Below, in pieces: positions 13,791 to 26,979 of a DNA stretch of 64,000 bases. The notes under the pieces were generated by a model. It was not told the origin of the DNA, did no database searches, and worked only from the letters and a program-made list of their open reading frames with translations. Origin of the DNA: Epiperipatus broadwayi (taxonomy: Eukaryota > Animalia > Onychophora). A program made the translations under genes and the position numbers. Positions within the stretch are counted from its first letter, which is position 1; every line of letters begins with the position of its first letter. The stretch is from assembly GCA_028023455.1 (NCBI GenBank), contig JAQFVV010000001.1, forward strand, positions 33,232,001 to 33,296,000, written 5' to 3'.

Positions 13791-14329
13791 AATCATCTAG
13801 TCTATGTTATTAAAAAGCTAAAATATCAAGGAATGTAATAAAGGTGAAAAAATAGTTTATTATACTTTCAAAATTAAAAAATAATATTTTAACATTTTTT
13901 AAAATTATTTTTATATTTCTTCAAAATTTCTAAATTTTAATAGATATTTTATTATTATTGTTATTATTATTATTTTATTAAAAAGTTCATGACATTTCAT
14001 ATAAATTTTCCAATGAAATGACATATGACATGATTCACCTATGACAATCCATTATTATAAAGTATATGAAAATATAATCATTAATACCTTTCATTTTTTC
14101 ATAAGAGATATTTCCTTGCAGGGATCTGCATATATTGAATGAAGAGAAAGTAACAGATGAATGCTGGTAAATGGCTCAGATTCTATACATGATGTAGCTA
14201 AAGAGAAAAGGTTTAGATTTAGTACAATCTTGAATATTATTAATAATAATGCTTTTTTTATTCAGTCTTAGTTTTTATATTGTGAAAAAGATTTCGTTTT
14301 GTTAGGTAGAATCTATCTAAAATGTAAAA

Positions 14330-14800
14330 TCAAATGATTATTACAAAACAATTGCTTACAAATAGTAAAATATTACTGAAACTATGCAGACAAAGAATAA
14401 ACAAAAATGCAGATACAACTTATTTAGAACTATTCACGTTTCATTCTCTTCTGATCACAATATTGAAGCAATCACCCAAAAAGTTGTTTGATGGAGCAGG
14501 CATATTAATCAATTTTTCTGAAGAAGCTAAGTGAGGAGATGGAATTTGGAGAGGTGCATTGTCTAACTCATTTTTAATTGCCAAAATTTAAAATAACCTC
14601 TCTGAGCACTTATAGTGTGGTCATCACTCCACACAGTCAAAAATTTTCATATACCCTTTTTTTAGGCATGAATGTTGTAAATCCACTGAAAGCGTAACTT
14701 GAGTACCCAGACACTGGCTAGATAAGAAGCTGCATTTTTTATCAATGTAAAATTCCGTAAGGTGCACATTGTAGTTATCTGCACAAATTCATTATTTGAA
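14330..14800 (-). mobile_element. piggyBac-like 3'-end fragment related to 28190-28500
   Basis: Shares aaatgca(g/a)atacaactta and cactccac...aaaaa...ttttttaggca blocks with the piggyBac 3' region; CLKK-containing Cys-rich remnant. Confidence 0.55.
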
Positions 14801-15854
14801 CACTTCATTTGTCTAGTTTTGAGTGATCATAGTTGTAGTGTATTACAATCAATAGATTTAGTGATTGCCATGTGGCTTTGAATTTTATTACAAGAGCCTA
14901 TATATATAGAACTAATTTTATATATTTATTGCTATTCACGATTTGACACTGGTCTATATATATATGACTAATGTTATATATTCATTATCTAGGACTTATA
15001 TATTCATTATCACCATGGAAATAAACAATTTATATGATTTGACACATTTTTTTGAATCTGCCTTTTTTGCATTGTTTTTTAAAAATTTTATAAATGAAAA
15101 GTGAATAAAAAAAAAAATGTAAAATTTATTATAAGATATGAGAAATTCAGGTTGGAATTATTAGAAGTTATTGGGATGAAGATTCTAGTATACTGCAAGT
15201 TTTTGTACGTACTGTTTTCTTATTCTTTTATTTTTTCATTGCAAAAGCAATTATCTTTTTATAATATATAAATTAAAATTGCCATATGATAAAATATCTT
15301 TGGAACTGAGGGTTTAGAAAGTACAATTAGAATCATTAATGCTGTAATGCGTATCAAAATCTTTTTTTTTCTGTCTAAAAATTTAACACAGCCGTATCAT
15401 TGTAAAATCAAATAAGTAGAAGAAAAAAATTTAAAGGGTATTATTTAAATAAAAATTCATAAATTCAAATTTTGTTGTAAAAAAAAACCTTGCACATATC
15501 CTTTGAAAAGAGAAGAAAAAAGAAAGAGAATGACATATTTCATATGTGTAGTCCATTGGCTTTCTTGTTAATATGTTATAAATACAAAGAAATTATAAAC
15601 ATTAAAAATGAGCGGTATTCACAGGAAGTTGCCTGTACCTATTATGATAAATTGGCAATCAAAATGATTATTTACATTAAACTCTTTTATTGTCATTTGT
15701 GGCACAGAGACGAAACAAATTTTTTCCTGTTTTTTACGATTACTTAAATTTGTTCACTAGCTAACTTTTCTTAGGCTGTCTAAATGAGTCAATTTTCTGC
15801 TATATATTAACACAATGAGTATTGCAGTCATAGTAAAAATGAAATGTCAAGCGG

Positions 15855-16530
15855 AAATATATATTATACAAATAAAATGACTAATAACTGACATTTATTT
15901 ATTCAACAAAATAATATAAAAATCAATATGAAAAAATAACATATGCACATCCAAAGAGGGTTACTAAATATTAAGATTGATGTTGCCTGTAAAGACCCTA
16001 AGTCTGTTTGGAACCTTCACTGGTGGAAATTCACTCTGTGTCCTCTTGTACAATCTTGATCTTCAGACTTGCAGTTATCCCTACTTCACAACATGATGCA
16101 GCTCCCATGATGCGAGTGTGTGAGCATACATGCTTTCTTTTTAAGTTAACAAAGGCAAAACTCTCCATACAGTAGTGCCTCCTGTGCCAACCAGAGTAAT
16201 CAATGAATGCCAGAAGGGTTTTGTTTACAACAATTATGTGCTAGTATAAGAGGTGATCATGTGATGTTCTTTTTAAGTTGTGTTTTTATCCTGTTCCAGA
16301 TCACAAGCTTCGTTATAATCTTTTAATTATCTTTGCATACTATGGAAATTTCTAGATTCAGATTATCAATCTAATTATTTATAATGATATTTCTCTACAG
16401 GCATAATTCTCTACAATTGAAACATACTTTTTTACTAATTAAAATATCGAAGCACAAACTTATCTGAAAAATTTTATTTAAATAATAAAATATTTCGTTT
16501 ACATTATTTAATTCACATAAATATTATTTA
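15855..16530. repeat. Unclassified dispersed repeat, copy 2
   Basis: Same orientation and collinear with 10790-11450, plus an internal insertion of about 100 bp. Confidence 0.8.
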
Positions 16531-19500
16531 ATATGCACATAACATTCTTTACTTATTTCTTAACATAGCAAATACATAAATTTATTCAATTTTTTGTTTT
16601 TTGCCTTTGCTCATATCTTTACTTTCTGCCGTTTTTCTAGACAATTTTATTGTTTGGAATGCAGTCTTTTTTTTTTTTTTTTTTACAGAAAATTTTATTA
16701 TTCTGATAAATTTGGATATTAACTAATTATTGCTGCTTTTGCTTATGACTAGTTAGTTATAGTTTTAAATTTAATATTTTGTTAAATTTTTTTTAGCTTT
16801 GAGTTGCCATGGTCAACAAGGCATCATAATCATTAAATACAAACTTTGTAGTGTTTCATTTATTAAATAAATATATTAGAAATATTTGTTGTACTACTTA
16901 TTGAGGCAGCAAGCTTTAGAAATGAGGATAGTATTTTAAACAAGAAGAATTATATTACTTGTGTTGTTAAAAGTTTTAAAAATATATTAGAATAAATATA
17001 AATCAATAATTTTATTTTTGAAAGATTTAATATTACTTTCTATAATTAAATTGAAAGTCAATTTCTGTTTTTAAACCTCTTTGATTAATTTCATTTTTCT
17101 AGCATTATTTTATTTCACTTTAGTATTGCAGGTAAATATATTTATTTGTATAAAACTATCTTTACATTTTTTAGAAATATATTTTTATAAATCCAAATTA
17201 ACCAATAAACATGATCACCATTTCTTATCCTTGCTCTTAACTGTTATTAAAACAGGCAAAACTCTATAGTACTCTGGCTTGCACTGAGTGGCAATATGTA
17301 TAGAGAGTTTTGCCTGTTTTAATAATAATGTTTTGTAAAATTTGTTTTACATATATATATACATACATACATGTTTTATTGAGTATATTTTTGGACATAT
17401 TTTGAGAACAATCTGTTGCATATTAATTCTATTTTAAATTCTATCATTAAGATGTGAAAGTAAATTATTCCAAGACTGTTTTTAAAACTTTGAATATGTA
17501 TAAGAATTTCAAGCTTGGGAAATGTTTTAAAAGCTCTATTAACAATTAATTATTATATTTGTATTTTGATTATTTCAATTTTTTAATTTTATTCAATATA
17601 TATATATTGCCTTTTTCTGAATATTATTCATTTCTATTAAAGATTTATCAGTGCACTTATTTTTTTGGGAAATCTAGACTTGTTTTGATAAACAATTAAT
17701 TACATTTGTATTTTGATTATTTTAGTTATTCTAATTTTGTTCAATATATATTAATTACATATAAATGATTATATTAATTACATATATCTGATTATTATTC
17801 ATTTTTAGTAAAGATTTATCAATGTACTTGTTTTGGAAAAAACCAAACAAAAATAATGTACTCCTAAAAGTAGTACAAAAGTTGATCTTTATTAATCCTA
17901 TATCAATAAATTTATTTATTCTTTCTTATGCCTCTATGAAATAATTATTATTTTTATCTTTTTAGTTTGGAACATTCTGTTTTGGAAGACAAAATTTCTA
18001 TTTTTGTATTGTTTTGTTATTGAATTTTTATTTTTTAATTATTTTTAAGTTTTTATAATACTTAACTGAAATGAACATAAAAGGGATTTATAATTAATTT
18101 AAAAATGTTTTTTTTTTTTTTTTATATGTTAAATTTTTATGTATAAAAAAGGAAATTATTACAGATCAGCATGTGTACATTACTTGGGGAATATATTATT
18201 TATTAGAAGAGTCTTTAATTCCAATTTTTCTATTTGCAAATGTGATTTATATATTTTCGCAAAAAAATAAACAAAAACAAAGTTTTTCATTTTTCAAAAA
18301 AGAATGCACATAAATAGAACTTTCAAACTGCACTTATGTTCAAGTACAATAATCATTAACAAGAAATTTAGATTAATAATCTATATATTTCTCTAAAAAC
18401 AATCATACTACTATTCTTTCTCTTGATGTGCTTTTTTGCTTTGTTGTATTTTTTTTTTTTAACGATCTTTTTCTTAATTTACTTTGATTTTTTTTTTAAA
18501 TGAGTGAAAAGAGGGAAAGGAAAGGGATGAGATTACCTTTCAGAATTTTACAGCAGCTATTTTTTAAAATTCTGATAGGTTGCATGTATTTCTGATTTTG
18601 AAGATAAGAAGGAAAATTAATTCTAAGATGATATCTCGAGGGGAAAGAGGCAATGGGTATTCATGTTTATACTGCTTATGGGTTGAGCTGGTATAAGGGA
18701 TCTTAGTTAATGTATTTATTATAACCATATAGTTAATTTGATAATAATTCTACCATGATTAGATGTGGTAAATGACAAAAAAGTGTGTCAATATGTGAAG
18801 TGAATTACTTAAAAAATAAAAATAAAATCTTTTCATATCTACGAGACTGAATATAGATAGAAGTTATGAAAGATTCATTGATAAACAAGAAATTACATTT
18901 TCATGAAAACCTTAAAAATGATATAATATGCACAAAAGTCATTCAAAAATAGATATAAAAATAACTATTTTGTATCTGCATGAGTTAAAATGTTTAGTAG
19001 TTTTAATTTTATTTTTCATGTACCATATTGTATTCTATTTTTACTTAATGTCCTCATTTGTTATTATGAGGGTTTCTTAATCTTAAAGTGTTTAGGAAAT
19101 TATGGAACCAATGAATATTTGTGAGTAGCAATATTAGATATGTAGAAAGTGTTAGAAAATTATGGAACCAATGAACATTTATTTATGAGTGTGGCAATAT
19201 TGGGGGTGTTATTAAATACTTTACAATATTCATAGATGATTGAAGTACTTTCAAAAATTATATAAATTTTGAGACTAAGATGAGTGAACATTAATGGAAT
19301 ATAAACTTATTCCATAGATTAAAACTTTAGATAGCACGTGAAAGGTACATTCCAAAACAAAATATTGATAAGATGAAGTTATATTGGAAATGAATGTCAT
19401 TTTATACTTTTTCTTTAAAAAGTAGTTTTATTAAAGTGTAAGAAACTAATAACAACAACAACAAAAAACTGTAATGAAAACAGTATAATATTTTTTGTAA

Positions 19501-19559
19501 AAACTTCTTTTTGTCTATTTTTTTTCTATTTTGATTAATTTGATGAATATTTTTGACTT

Positions 19560-19850
19560 TTCAGTAATGAATAGATGTTGGGAAAATTTATGCAATGGAG
19601 TTGTTCACCCATATAATGACACCAATGAATGGGAGAAATTATAACCTTTGAAAAAAAAATTCCTGAAATGATTGACATCCAATAGTTGTTTGGAATTCGA
19701 ATCTTTGCCAGTAACAAATGAGAATTTGACTGAAATGAATAGGTTGACAGTCATTAATGAAGAAATTATTAATTCAAACCAAGATGGAATCAATATGAAA
19801 TATCAGAAACTACATATTATTCTTTTTTTTTTTGTCAAGCAATCCATTAT
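19560..19850 (+). mobile_element. Tigger/pogo transposase C-terminal remnant
   Basis: NRCWENLC...V and LPVTNENLTEM resemble the Tigger N.CWK.LW and LTNEEL.EL segments; frameshifted. Confidence 0.4.
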
Positions 19851-20999
19851 TAAAATTGAAGCATGTCAAACATTAAATAAACTACCAAGAAACTTTACCT
19901 GAAAAGTAACATTTAAAATAATTGGTAGTGAAAGGAATCTGAAAAGTTAGACTCTTGATTAAATGTCATCTTTTGTAAAATTATTTTAATTCTTATAAAC
20001 ATGTATATTTGATTTTAATTATAGACAATATAGTACACTTTTTATATTCCTCAATTGAATATTATGTCAATATTCAAAATTAAACATTACTAACATTATT
20101 TTATGCAATTTGGTTTCAACTATACACCAATTCAATATTATTTGAAACCACTTGATAATAAACAAACAGTGTTGCCTCATATTCTTTTTTAGTTTTTCAT
20201 CATCAGTAACAAGCATTGCATTAAATACAGCATAGCTTTTGTTTATATATATTAATATTGGTGAATAGGAAATAAAATATTTTTATCTACTTTAGTAAAC
20301 ATTTTTTCATTAAATTTTTTTTATTCTTAAAAAGAAAATATTTATTGAAGGTTAAGTAATTAGTGTACAATTTTTTTTAATTAAATATAAAAATGAATAT
20401 TTCATTGCATATGATTTTTTTTTTTGTTACCATATTCATTATTAAAGAAAAAAATATTTGGTCTTTATTATTTATTTTGATTTATAATATATATAAATCA
20501 TGCAAATAAGGTGTATCAGTAAATGAATGATTATTTGTTAATCAAATTAATAGGATTTTAACCAAAAATTAAACTAGTAGAAACTATAAGGTATCTAAAG
20601 TTTCTTCATTTGTATGTATGTATACTTCTGCAATTATGACAATGGGAATCGTATATTTAAAAAACTTGATCACTAGTAGTAATTGTTGGCCATTGTTTAC
20701 CATCTAACATTTTAATGTATGGAGATACTTAATAAGTTTTAATAAATTCGGTTAACATACAACAGTGATTAAGTGCTTTAATAAATTATTTTAATTTTTG
20801 ATATTTTAAATTTGTGAACAATTGAGAAAAGCAATGACATATTGCTATCAGTGACTAAATTTCATCTTATTTCCCATCTGTAGTATCTTTTTTTATTTAT
20901 TTAGAAAATTCAATAATACCTTTTCTCTAAAAAATAATTATAAATTGTAGAACAAGTTTTTAGTATTATCACCATTTACATTAATATATATATACAAAA

Positions 21000-21260
21000 T
21001 CAAATTTTTGTTATTAAGATTATGGGAGTGAGAGAGAGTTATGGATGCAAGAGATGTTTATTCCTTGGCATTTCCATTAGAAATAAGTTAATTTAACATG
21101 GTGAGTTAATGTAGCATGTTTTTGGATAATTCAGGTCATGTTTTCCCCTCTTTTGTTGGTAATTTGCATAGGAATAATATAGTGGAAATAGGGAGCATGT
21201 TAGAATAACATTTATAAATGTTAACCACACTTATAAATATAATATTGAATCAGTAAAATA
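21000..21260 (-). mobile_element. Short L1/Tx1-like 3' ORF2 fragment
   Basis: IYKCYSNMLPI...CKL...EGKT resembles the SMLPT...CSLC...E region of the other Tx1-like copies. Confidence 0.35.
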
Positions 21261-22739
21261 ATTTAATTTACGGCCCATTCATTGCAATAAGTTTCATTAT
21301 TTATTAAGTTTTTTAATGTCTGTTTTTGATTTCAGCGGATACAGGTAATTTTTTAAAATATTCTTTATATGCATTTTATAATTAAAATTGTTCGTTTTTT
21401 TTTGTTTGTTTATATATATATTAAAATTAGATTTTGTTTTTGTTTTGTTGATTTGGTTATTAGTGAGAATAAGTAAATTATAGAATATCAAATTTTATGT
21501 TAGTTCAAATTATATTTATATTTGTTTTGGGAGGGATTGTGAGGAATTTTATTTTATTATTTTTTTTTTTAATTTCATTAATCGTATAATAAATATTTGT
21601 AATGTTAATTAGTAATTTTTTGAGATTTGAAGTTGGCAGTATTATAGGGCAGTTCGGATTCTTGTGCATAAATATATACTTAGTTTCGGATTTTTCTGCT
21701 TTTTGTCACTACCAGTTGTAAAAACAAGGAGCAGACCAGAAATCAAGCTGCCGCCTATCGGCACACAACTAGTGATGATCTTTAAAGCATGGAGCTAGTT
21801 CATCTGAGTGCCTATAGATTCAGCACTTTAACATGGACAAAAGACTGCTGAAAGAAAATTAATGTGGCAGGTAGCGTTTTTTTTTTGTCATTCTTTTTCT
21901 TTTTTTTAATAATTTAATTTTTTTTATTTTTCTTTTTTTAAAAATTTATAATAAAGATATAGCTAAAAAATAGAAAGCAATAAAAATAATGGCAAATTAT
22001 ATGAGGTAAGAGTCAGAAAAAAATAATAGTTTTAAGCTTTTGTTATTACTATTATTAATATATTAAAAAAAAAAAGTCCATCTACCAAAGGCAAGGGATA
22101 ATCAGGATTTTTTTTTCTTTTCTAATTTAAGATCATTAAAATGTAATAAACAATTTTCTTTTTTTGGAATTAGAGTGTGTTGTTGTATTGTTTTTGTCGA
22201 ATTGCCAGTTTGTAGAACTTTCTGACTTGCTGAGAACCATTGGTTGGATGCCAAGAGTCCGAACTGACCGCCATTTGGGTCTGCATTGGTTGTTGTGATG
22301 TGCCTGCCAGTTTTACCTGCCGCTTCTGCAGTTAACAAGGGGTCTTATTTTTTTATTTTATCTTTTGGTGTGCTTGTATGCATATATATATATATATGAA
22401 TATGAGAATGTATGTATGTAAATGTGTATGTATATATATATATATATTTAACTAAAGTATGAGGAGGAAAGCATTAGATTATAATTTACATTTTTTTTTG
22501 TGATTTTATTTTGTGCTTGTTAAATATTTTAATATGTTTGTAATTTTTTTTTACCCAACTGTTAAATTATAATTTTAAGCAAATTATTATTTAAATAATT
22601 TGTATGATTAGACAAAATACTTTTGAATTTTATTAGCTATAGATATTTTTTATATATTAAACTCTTATGTGTGTATATATATGTTAATGCATGCATTATA
22701 TAAATAATGTATACAAATATGAACAAGGAGATATGTATC

Positions 22740-24800
22740 ATCTAAGATTTTTCCAAAGATTTCAGCTAGAAATTTTTTCAGTTTTCCACATCTTGTTTTA
22801 TCTCTTTTTCATATTCTTATAAATTCTTATTGTCACTCATCTAGATGATAACCATTTTTTTTTTTTTGAGAATCTTCTCTGTCATTCTGATTTTCTATGG
22901 ATTGGTTTTTATTTTGTAGTGTATTCTATCCATTTTCTATTGCATTATAGTTTTGTTTTTTAAACTTTTTTTTTTTTTTTGTTTGGTATCTATTACATCT
23001 TTTTGTGATTGTTCACTTGTTATTGGGTAGATTTATTCAATTCTTTTGAATTTATTTTTGTCACTTTACTCTGCCATGAAATAGTTTCGGGCATATTTCT
23101 GATGTATTCTGATTTAAAATTATACTGCAATTCAAAGGTTATCTAAATTGCACTGGTTTTTTTAATTGTTTCTAGAATATTGGTTTTTGTTTATGCTTAT
23201 ACTGTTTAGTTAAAGTGAATGAAGAAATGCTTTGGTTAATAATTTTGTTGTTATGCCATATAGACATGAATTTAGGGCTATATTCATTTTAAATATTGTT
23301 TTTTTTTTCCTTCAAAATATTAAAAATATTTGTTTTACTCTGGAAATTAATAGCAATGGGTTTATCATTATCAAGTATGAGTTATTCAGTATGTTATTGA
23401 TAATGAATTTAATTAAATAGAAGAAATCAACCATCCTACCTGTGCTGTTTGTTTTAATGTATAAATGAATGTACACTCACCCATCAGGAAGAGATTTAAA
23501 AACTCAAGTGAATCTTGTTCTTAGAGCTTATTCTTAAAGCCACCTATTACTGACCTGTCAAGCATTGGTAGCCCAGTGGTTCGCAGTTTCGTTTCCCGAC
23601 AGATGCTTTGACTGATATTTTAAAAATTGACATTGAATTGTATACATTTTGTTGATATATCACAGGAGGAAGTTTCTTATTTTTAATCACCTGCAATTAA
23701 ACATATATAGAATGGATATAAATTATTAGTTTAGTGCTGGATATATAATTATGTAAAAGGAAATTAACCTGTGCTGTTTTTTTAATGTTTATATCTATGC
23801 ACAGACTCTTACTGATTGGTGGGTGGTCATAGATTTATACATTAAAAGTTAACTTAGGTCAGAAGGTTAATTTCTAAGTAATTACATATATATCCAGCAA
23901 TTATATATGTATTCAGCGCTAAAATTTGATAGTTGATTTATATTTTATCTTCATTATCTACTATTAGATGGAAGCAATTATGCTTGGGTTTTTTTTTTAA
24001 ACGTAATATTTCCTTTCGATTGATGTCTAAATTTATGTAACACCAGTATTGATTGTTTTGCATGTTTTTGTTTTCTCAATAAATCATTATATTCTGTTTG
24101 AATGTGGGACACCAGAAATATTTTTATATTTCTTGTCATTTTTTCCCCTACCTTTGTTACTGCTTTCCTCTTATATAATTACCTATTATTTATATTTGTT
24201 GAAACTTTAACAGTATTTGTTTCTTTTTTTTTTTGTTGCTATTATTAGCTTTCAAGATATATATTTCTCAGAATTTTTTATATTTACTGTCTTTCTGTTG
24301 TGTGAGAATTTTTTGTGCTGTTTTATCTCGTTTTTAATTTTAGTCTTTTTTCTATTAATAGGACTATTTATATATAATGGGAAGTGACATTATTTGTATA
24401 TATTTTCTTTTTAAAGTTATTTATATTTTCTGCTATTTCTAGATTTTATTCCTTTATAATTTTTTTTTTAAAAACAATTTGTAGACTTATTTATAATGTG
24501 TGTTATTGACCTTTTTATTTTTAAGATAATTTCTTAAGGAGTTATTAATAATTTTTTTTCTTTGTTTGTTTCAAAATCCTTCAATCCTCATTTAAACTTA
24601 AACTTTATATACAGTTTTTATTAGTATCTTTTGTATTTCAATTATTTGCTAACTTCTTTGAATAAGGAAGCATTTGACTGATCAATTTGTATTTTGTGCA
24701 GTACTGCTGGATGTTTTATTTTGTTATGCCTATTATGATAGTAACAATGCAACAGGCAAATTTTATATGCTATGTAGCATCAATCTTAGATTTTTATAAG
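22740..24800 (-). mobile_element. Highly decayed RTE-type LINE, interrupted at about 23420-23950
   Basis: Ordered remnants on the minus strand: LANN..KDTNKNC, LKNKK (LKNNKA motif), YKKF, TGV (TGVRQG), RMTEKIL; heavy stop load. Confidence 0.5.
23424..23945. repeat. Composite fold-back insertion with three related units and a tRNA-like mini-hairpin
   Basis: gaaattaacct...ttttaatgtttatatctatg (23760-23799) pairs with catagatttatacattaaaa...aggttaatttc (23828-23874); outer arms extend to about 23715 and 23945; a third unit lies at 23424-23493. Confidence 0.8.
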
Positions 24801-25379
24801 TTGTTTACTTTTTGATATATCCGTCTGGGAATTATGAACTCCATTTTTTTTTTTTTTGGACATGGTCATTATAATACAACCATATCCTATTTAACTATAT
24901 GAATCATAAAAAAAAACAAACTACATGAATCATACAAAATTAATTAGAAAAATATCAAATTTTCAGCTGTCACCAATTAATATAAAATAGCAGCTAATAT
25001 TTTGATATTTTAGTATATTTTGATTTTTAATAACTATGTAATTATTTTTTAAAAACTAAAGTATCACAATTACAAAATCATTCTTGATTTAAAATACATA
25101 TATATTTATGAATATATGTTAATAAACTGAAATTTGCTTTTAATAGATTCACTCTTTATCTTTGCAATCAGCTCACGATCTTTTTTTTTCTTGTATTAAA
25201 TTTAATGCAGTGATTTAGATAGATATAGGAATTAATTATTATAAACATTTTATTAGTTCAGGGTAAAAAGTATTCATAATTATGGAATGTATTAAAAAAT
25301 ATGCAGTAATAATTTTTATTAAGTACAGGGATGGGGGGAGTGACCAGAATTTTATAATAAAAAATTTGTTTATTTGTCT

Positions 25380-25960
25380 TTAAGTGTTATAAATTTAATC
25401 TCCTTCAATGTACTGTCCATTTAATACAGTACATTGGGATAAACTTGTTTTTCACTTTTCAATCTAGTATGGAAACACAAAATGAAGCCTTTTAATACCT
25501 GTCTTGGTTTTTTTCCTCCCACACTTTTAAGTGAACAAAATAATTTTTTTGAGGCATTTTTTCACTCAAGAGAATAAAAAGAAGTCACACAGTTAGAGAT
25601 CTAGTGCATATGACTGATAGATAAGCTGAGCCATGTTGAATTTAATTAAAAATTGTTTCATACATGACTGCCCACAAAATGGGACATTTACATTTTACTG
25701 CATCACACAAACATTTCAGAACTTGTAGATAAAGTGTCTGATTATTAAAAATTAATGTTGAGAGAAAAATGCTATCTGCAGTCAAAAAAAAAAGCATTAT
25801 CTTGACCTTGGAGTTCACTCACCACGCCTTTTTGGGACATGTGAATTTGACAATCTCATTAAATCTTTCATAAGCTTGTGTTTTTTCCAGAACATCTTTT
25901 TTGTAATCTGTTTCAAGCAATTACAACTATCTTCCCTGCCATTTTTCCTAAAAGAAAAAC
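25380..25960 (-). mobile_element. mariner (DD34D) transposase remnant
   Basis: LETDYKKDVLEKTQAYE (HTH), PKKA...SKVKIML.FFD, FYLQVLKCLCDAVKCKCPILW, YALDL.LCDFFLF (YSPDLAPCDFFLF motif); internally deleted. Confidence 0.8.
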
Positions 25961-26724
25961 AGAATTTCACATTTTTACAACTTTTTAGCATTTATAAATA
26001 TTTGACAAATACTTGAAACGTACTTAAAAAAATTTGCTACATAGCACCATAATTTTACACGGTAGCATAATTTGGCAGATTGATTCAAAATAATCTCTGC
26101 AAGTAGTATGTAACAGCAAAAATAGGTATGAAAACAGGCACACTTTTACAGAGAACAATTTTGGTTATTTTTGGGTCCTGCCTCCTATATAAACATTTTT
26201 TTTAAAAATGATTATCAAATATTAATAAATACCATAATAAAAAAAATAACTTTATAAAATATAATATATATAGTTGAAATCTATGTATTTATTTGTTTTT
26301 TTTTTTAATTTGATAAGTTGTGTTCACATAGCATTGTAGAAATATTGAAAATATGTAAGCATTTAAAAATTTATAATGCCAGAATTTGGATTTAAAATAT
26401 AAAACCCGTTTTTTGTATTAATCATTTCAACCGATTGCTGTAATGAATTTTTATGGATTTGGTTTGAGGTACAATTTTTACAATAATTTAAAGATAAATT
26501 TTGTACATTTCTATAAAATTAAAGTAATGTAAAAAAAAACAAAAACATTTTAATTAAATTTATGAACTGAATTTTTTAATACATAAATAATATTTCTGTA
26601 GTGTAATTTCCACTACACCATTCTCATATAAGGCAGGGATTAGTTTCTATCTGGTTTTAATACCTTGTGGAGGGGTGTAATCATAAACCTATAACCAAAA
26701 ACATGCGAAAAAGATGTATGATCC

Positions 26725-26766
26725 CCAATATGCACATTTTATGCTGAACCAGCATTCATCAGCTGG
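26725..26766 (-). ncRNA. Minimal type I hammerhead ribozyme motif (G12A variant)
   Basis: ccag CTGATGA atgctg gtt cagcat AAAA tgtgca TA ttgg: core intact, perfect 6-bp stem II, GAAA changed to AAAA. Confidence 0.75.
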
Positions 26767-26979
26767 CCCAGATCACAATCTTTTACACACATCTTTATTA
26801 TTGTTTAGTGTATATATATATATATATATAGATAGATAGCAAATTAATACAGTTTAATTGATGTTTCAAATATGCTGCCCTCACAACTTTGACACAAACC
26901 ACCTACTGGAAATATATTAATAATTTTTATCAATATATTGAAGAATGACAAAGATAAGTGTAAGAGATTGTGATCTGGG

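Noticed and set aside
19090-19200. Two 60-bp direct repeats as a CRISPR-like array
   Set aside because: This is a simple diverged tandem duplication in eukaryotic DNA, with no spacers or cas genes.
23557-23668. H/ACA snoRNA reading of the hairpin plus downstream ACA
   Set aside because: There is no ANANNA hinge box, the second hairpin is poor, and it sits inside a TE-like insertion.
24702-24773. 72-nt exon-like segment (YCWMFYFVMP...)
   Set aside because: It lies antisense within the decayed RTE-type LINE and has a weak donor.
25821-25948. Apparent minus-strand exon with good splice signals (KNGREDSCNCLKQ...)
   Set aside because: The other frames give clear mariner transposase motifs, so the splice signals are incidental.
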